Both the position numbers and the translations under genes were made by a program. From Lama glama (taxonomy: Eukaryota), in assembly GCA_028534125.1 (NCBI GenBank), contig CM052817.1, positions 33,358,267 to 33,422,000 on the forward strand: DNA of 63,734 nucleotides, in the 5' to 3' direction. Positions 62,210 to 63,734 of this stretch are shown here, in pieces; within the stretch, counting starts at the first letter, position 1, and every line of letters starts with the position of its first letter. The notes beneath the pieces are model-generated. The model was not told where the DNA came from. It searched no databases and worked only from the letters and a program-made list of their open reading frames with translations.

Positions 62210-62390
62210 CAGAATCTGGCATGTTTAGATTCCAATCCCAATTCCTCTACCTCAGACCTATGTAGGGTTATTAGGCAAATTATCTGAGTCCCTTGAGCCT
62301 CAACTTCATCATTAGTGAAGTCAGTTAATAACGTATCCATGGGCTAATGCATGTGAAGTGTGCACACAGTGTCAGTAAATGGCAATCAGT
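62210..62390 (+). mobile_element. MIR SINE
   Basis: TAGGCAAATTATCTGAGTCCCTTGAGCCTCAACTTCATCAT. Confidence 0.6.
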
Positions 62391-63253
62391 CACTGGATGC
62401 CGCCTGGCGTTATTAGGATGGGGTCAACTTCTCCTTAGGGTTGATCACTGTTACTGATGCCACCTTCACATTAATTCCCAGGAGGGTGGTAATTCTCCTC
62501 CTTTACAGTGTTTTTTCCTGTGAATATATATATATACACACACACATACACACACAGAAATATACTTACAAAGTTGAAATCTACAAAGTGGTAGAGCTAA
62601 GATTTGAACCTTTATCTGACTCCAGAGCCACAATGAAGAAGACTCAGGGATGTTTTGTTCTGAATTCTCAAGTGCCAATCACACGAAAAAGAGAGGGGAT
62701 CTTCATTTTCTTCTCCCCACCTCCCTATTCACTTCCCTCCCGTCCTCCTTCCAAATAAAGAAGGACGTTCTGCTAACATGAATGGTGAAAAAGGAAGATA
62801 TCGATTAGGTCACTCTGACTAGGAGGTGTGGATGGTGCGCCGTTTTTCACTCACTCTGTTGCTCCTGCTTTCTCTCTTCAAGCAGACAAGTGCAAAGGTT
62901 GAGCTAGAACCTACCCTGCCCCCTCAACTCCATGAGTCTGGACAGACGGCAGAAGGCATGCCAGTGGCTGAAGATCTAAGCTGAGAGAATGAACTTTTGC
63001 ACAGTGCCTTTTTGATTGACTGTGATCATGTTCTGAAGGTCAGGCGGAGTCTATAAATGGCAGATTTGGTCTGGTTATTTCAGACACATGCTGATGGGCA
63101 ATCAGTTCAATTAGCCCCTGATTTTGATAAGGAATAAAATTTCAAATCAACATTCCAGCCCTCCTGATTGGGCCCGAAATCCAAGGACTACAGAGACTAC
63201 AACTACAAATAGAAATATTTATCCTGAATCATCCTTCTAACTTTACTGCCCAT

Positions 63254-63729
63254 TGTGATGGTTAATTTTGTATCAGCTTGACTGGGTCACAGGGGATCAA
63301 GATATTTGCCTAAACATTGTTTCTGGGTGTGTCTGTGAGTGTTTTCCAGATGAGATTAATATTTGAATCAGCAGACTGGATGAAGAGGATTGCCCTCCCC
63401 AATGTGTGTGGGCATCATTCAATCCTTTGAGAGCTTGAATAGAACAAAAAGGTGGAGGAAGGGAGGATCTGCTCTCCGCCGACTCCTTGAGCTGGAGCAC
63501 TGGTCTTCTCCTCTCTGGGACTGAGACTGACACTTAGTTCTCAGGTCTTTGGACCCAGACTGGAACTATGTCAACAGTTTTCCTGGTTCTGTAGCTTGTA
63601 GACAGCAGATTGTAAGACTTCTCAGCCTCCCTAATCACATGAACCAATTCCTTAAAATAAATCTCACATACGTGTGTGTGTGCACACACACACACACACA
63701 ATCTTCCATCTCTGGAGAACCCTAATACA
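63254..63729 (+). mobile_element. MLT2 (MLT2B-like) ERVL solo LTR
   Basis: Starts TGTGATGGTTAATTTTG; AGATGAGATTAATATTTGAATCAGCAGACTGG; ends GGAGAACCCTAATACA. Confidence 0.92.
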
Positions 63730-63734
63730 CCGTC

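Noticed and set aside
62845..62890. Strong-looking plus-strand acceptor (pyrimidine tract then AAGCAG)
   Set aside because: No convincing downstream donor or reading frame; isolated acceptors are common
1..63734. Prokaryote-type systems (CRISPR arrays, operons, defence islands) or an intact provirus
   Set aside because: The sequence is mammalian repeat-rich non-coding DNA; no spaced repeat arrays, no long ORFs, and all LTRs appear to be solo copies

Overview
Mammalian non-coding genomic DNA. It is most likely camelid (camel, llama or alpaca), judged from two tRNA-Ala-derived SINEs of the vic-1 type and the young L1 3' ends. I see no credible protein-coding exon, RNA gene or CpG-island promoter; the ORFs in the track look like chance frames or repeat read-throughs. 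Much of the window is interspersed repeat: L1 of several ages, L2, MIR, MaLR/MLT1, MLT2, LTR16, LTR33, MER2, Tigger2a, MER5, MER45, MER58 and a near-complete HAL1. These are separated by repeat-poor blocks that look like enhancers. L1 fragments occur about equally on both strands, which fits intergenic DNA better than an intron. The best observation is a ~275-bp polyadenylated insert inside a Tigger2a element (35549-35826). It has a perfect 17-bp target-site duplication and looks like the retroposed 3' end of an unidentified host transcript. Also notable are a candidate minus-strand recursive splice site (10957-10964), a fold-back rearranged MLT2 microsatellite, nested and inverted L1s, and paired FOX:ETS motifs. 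I found no evidence of a new multi-gene system. Repeat families were recognised by eye from remembered consensus motifs, so subfamily names and most boundaries are approximate.
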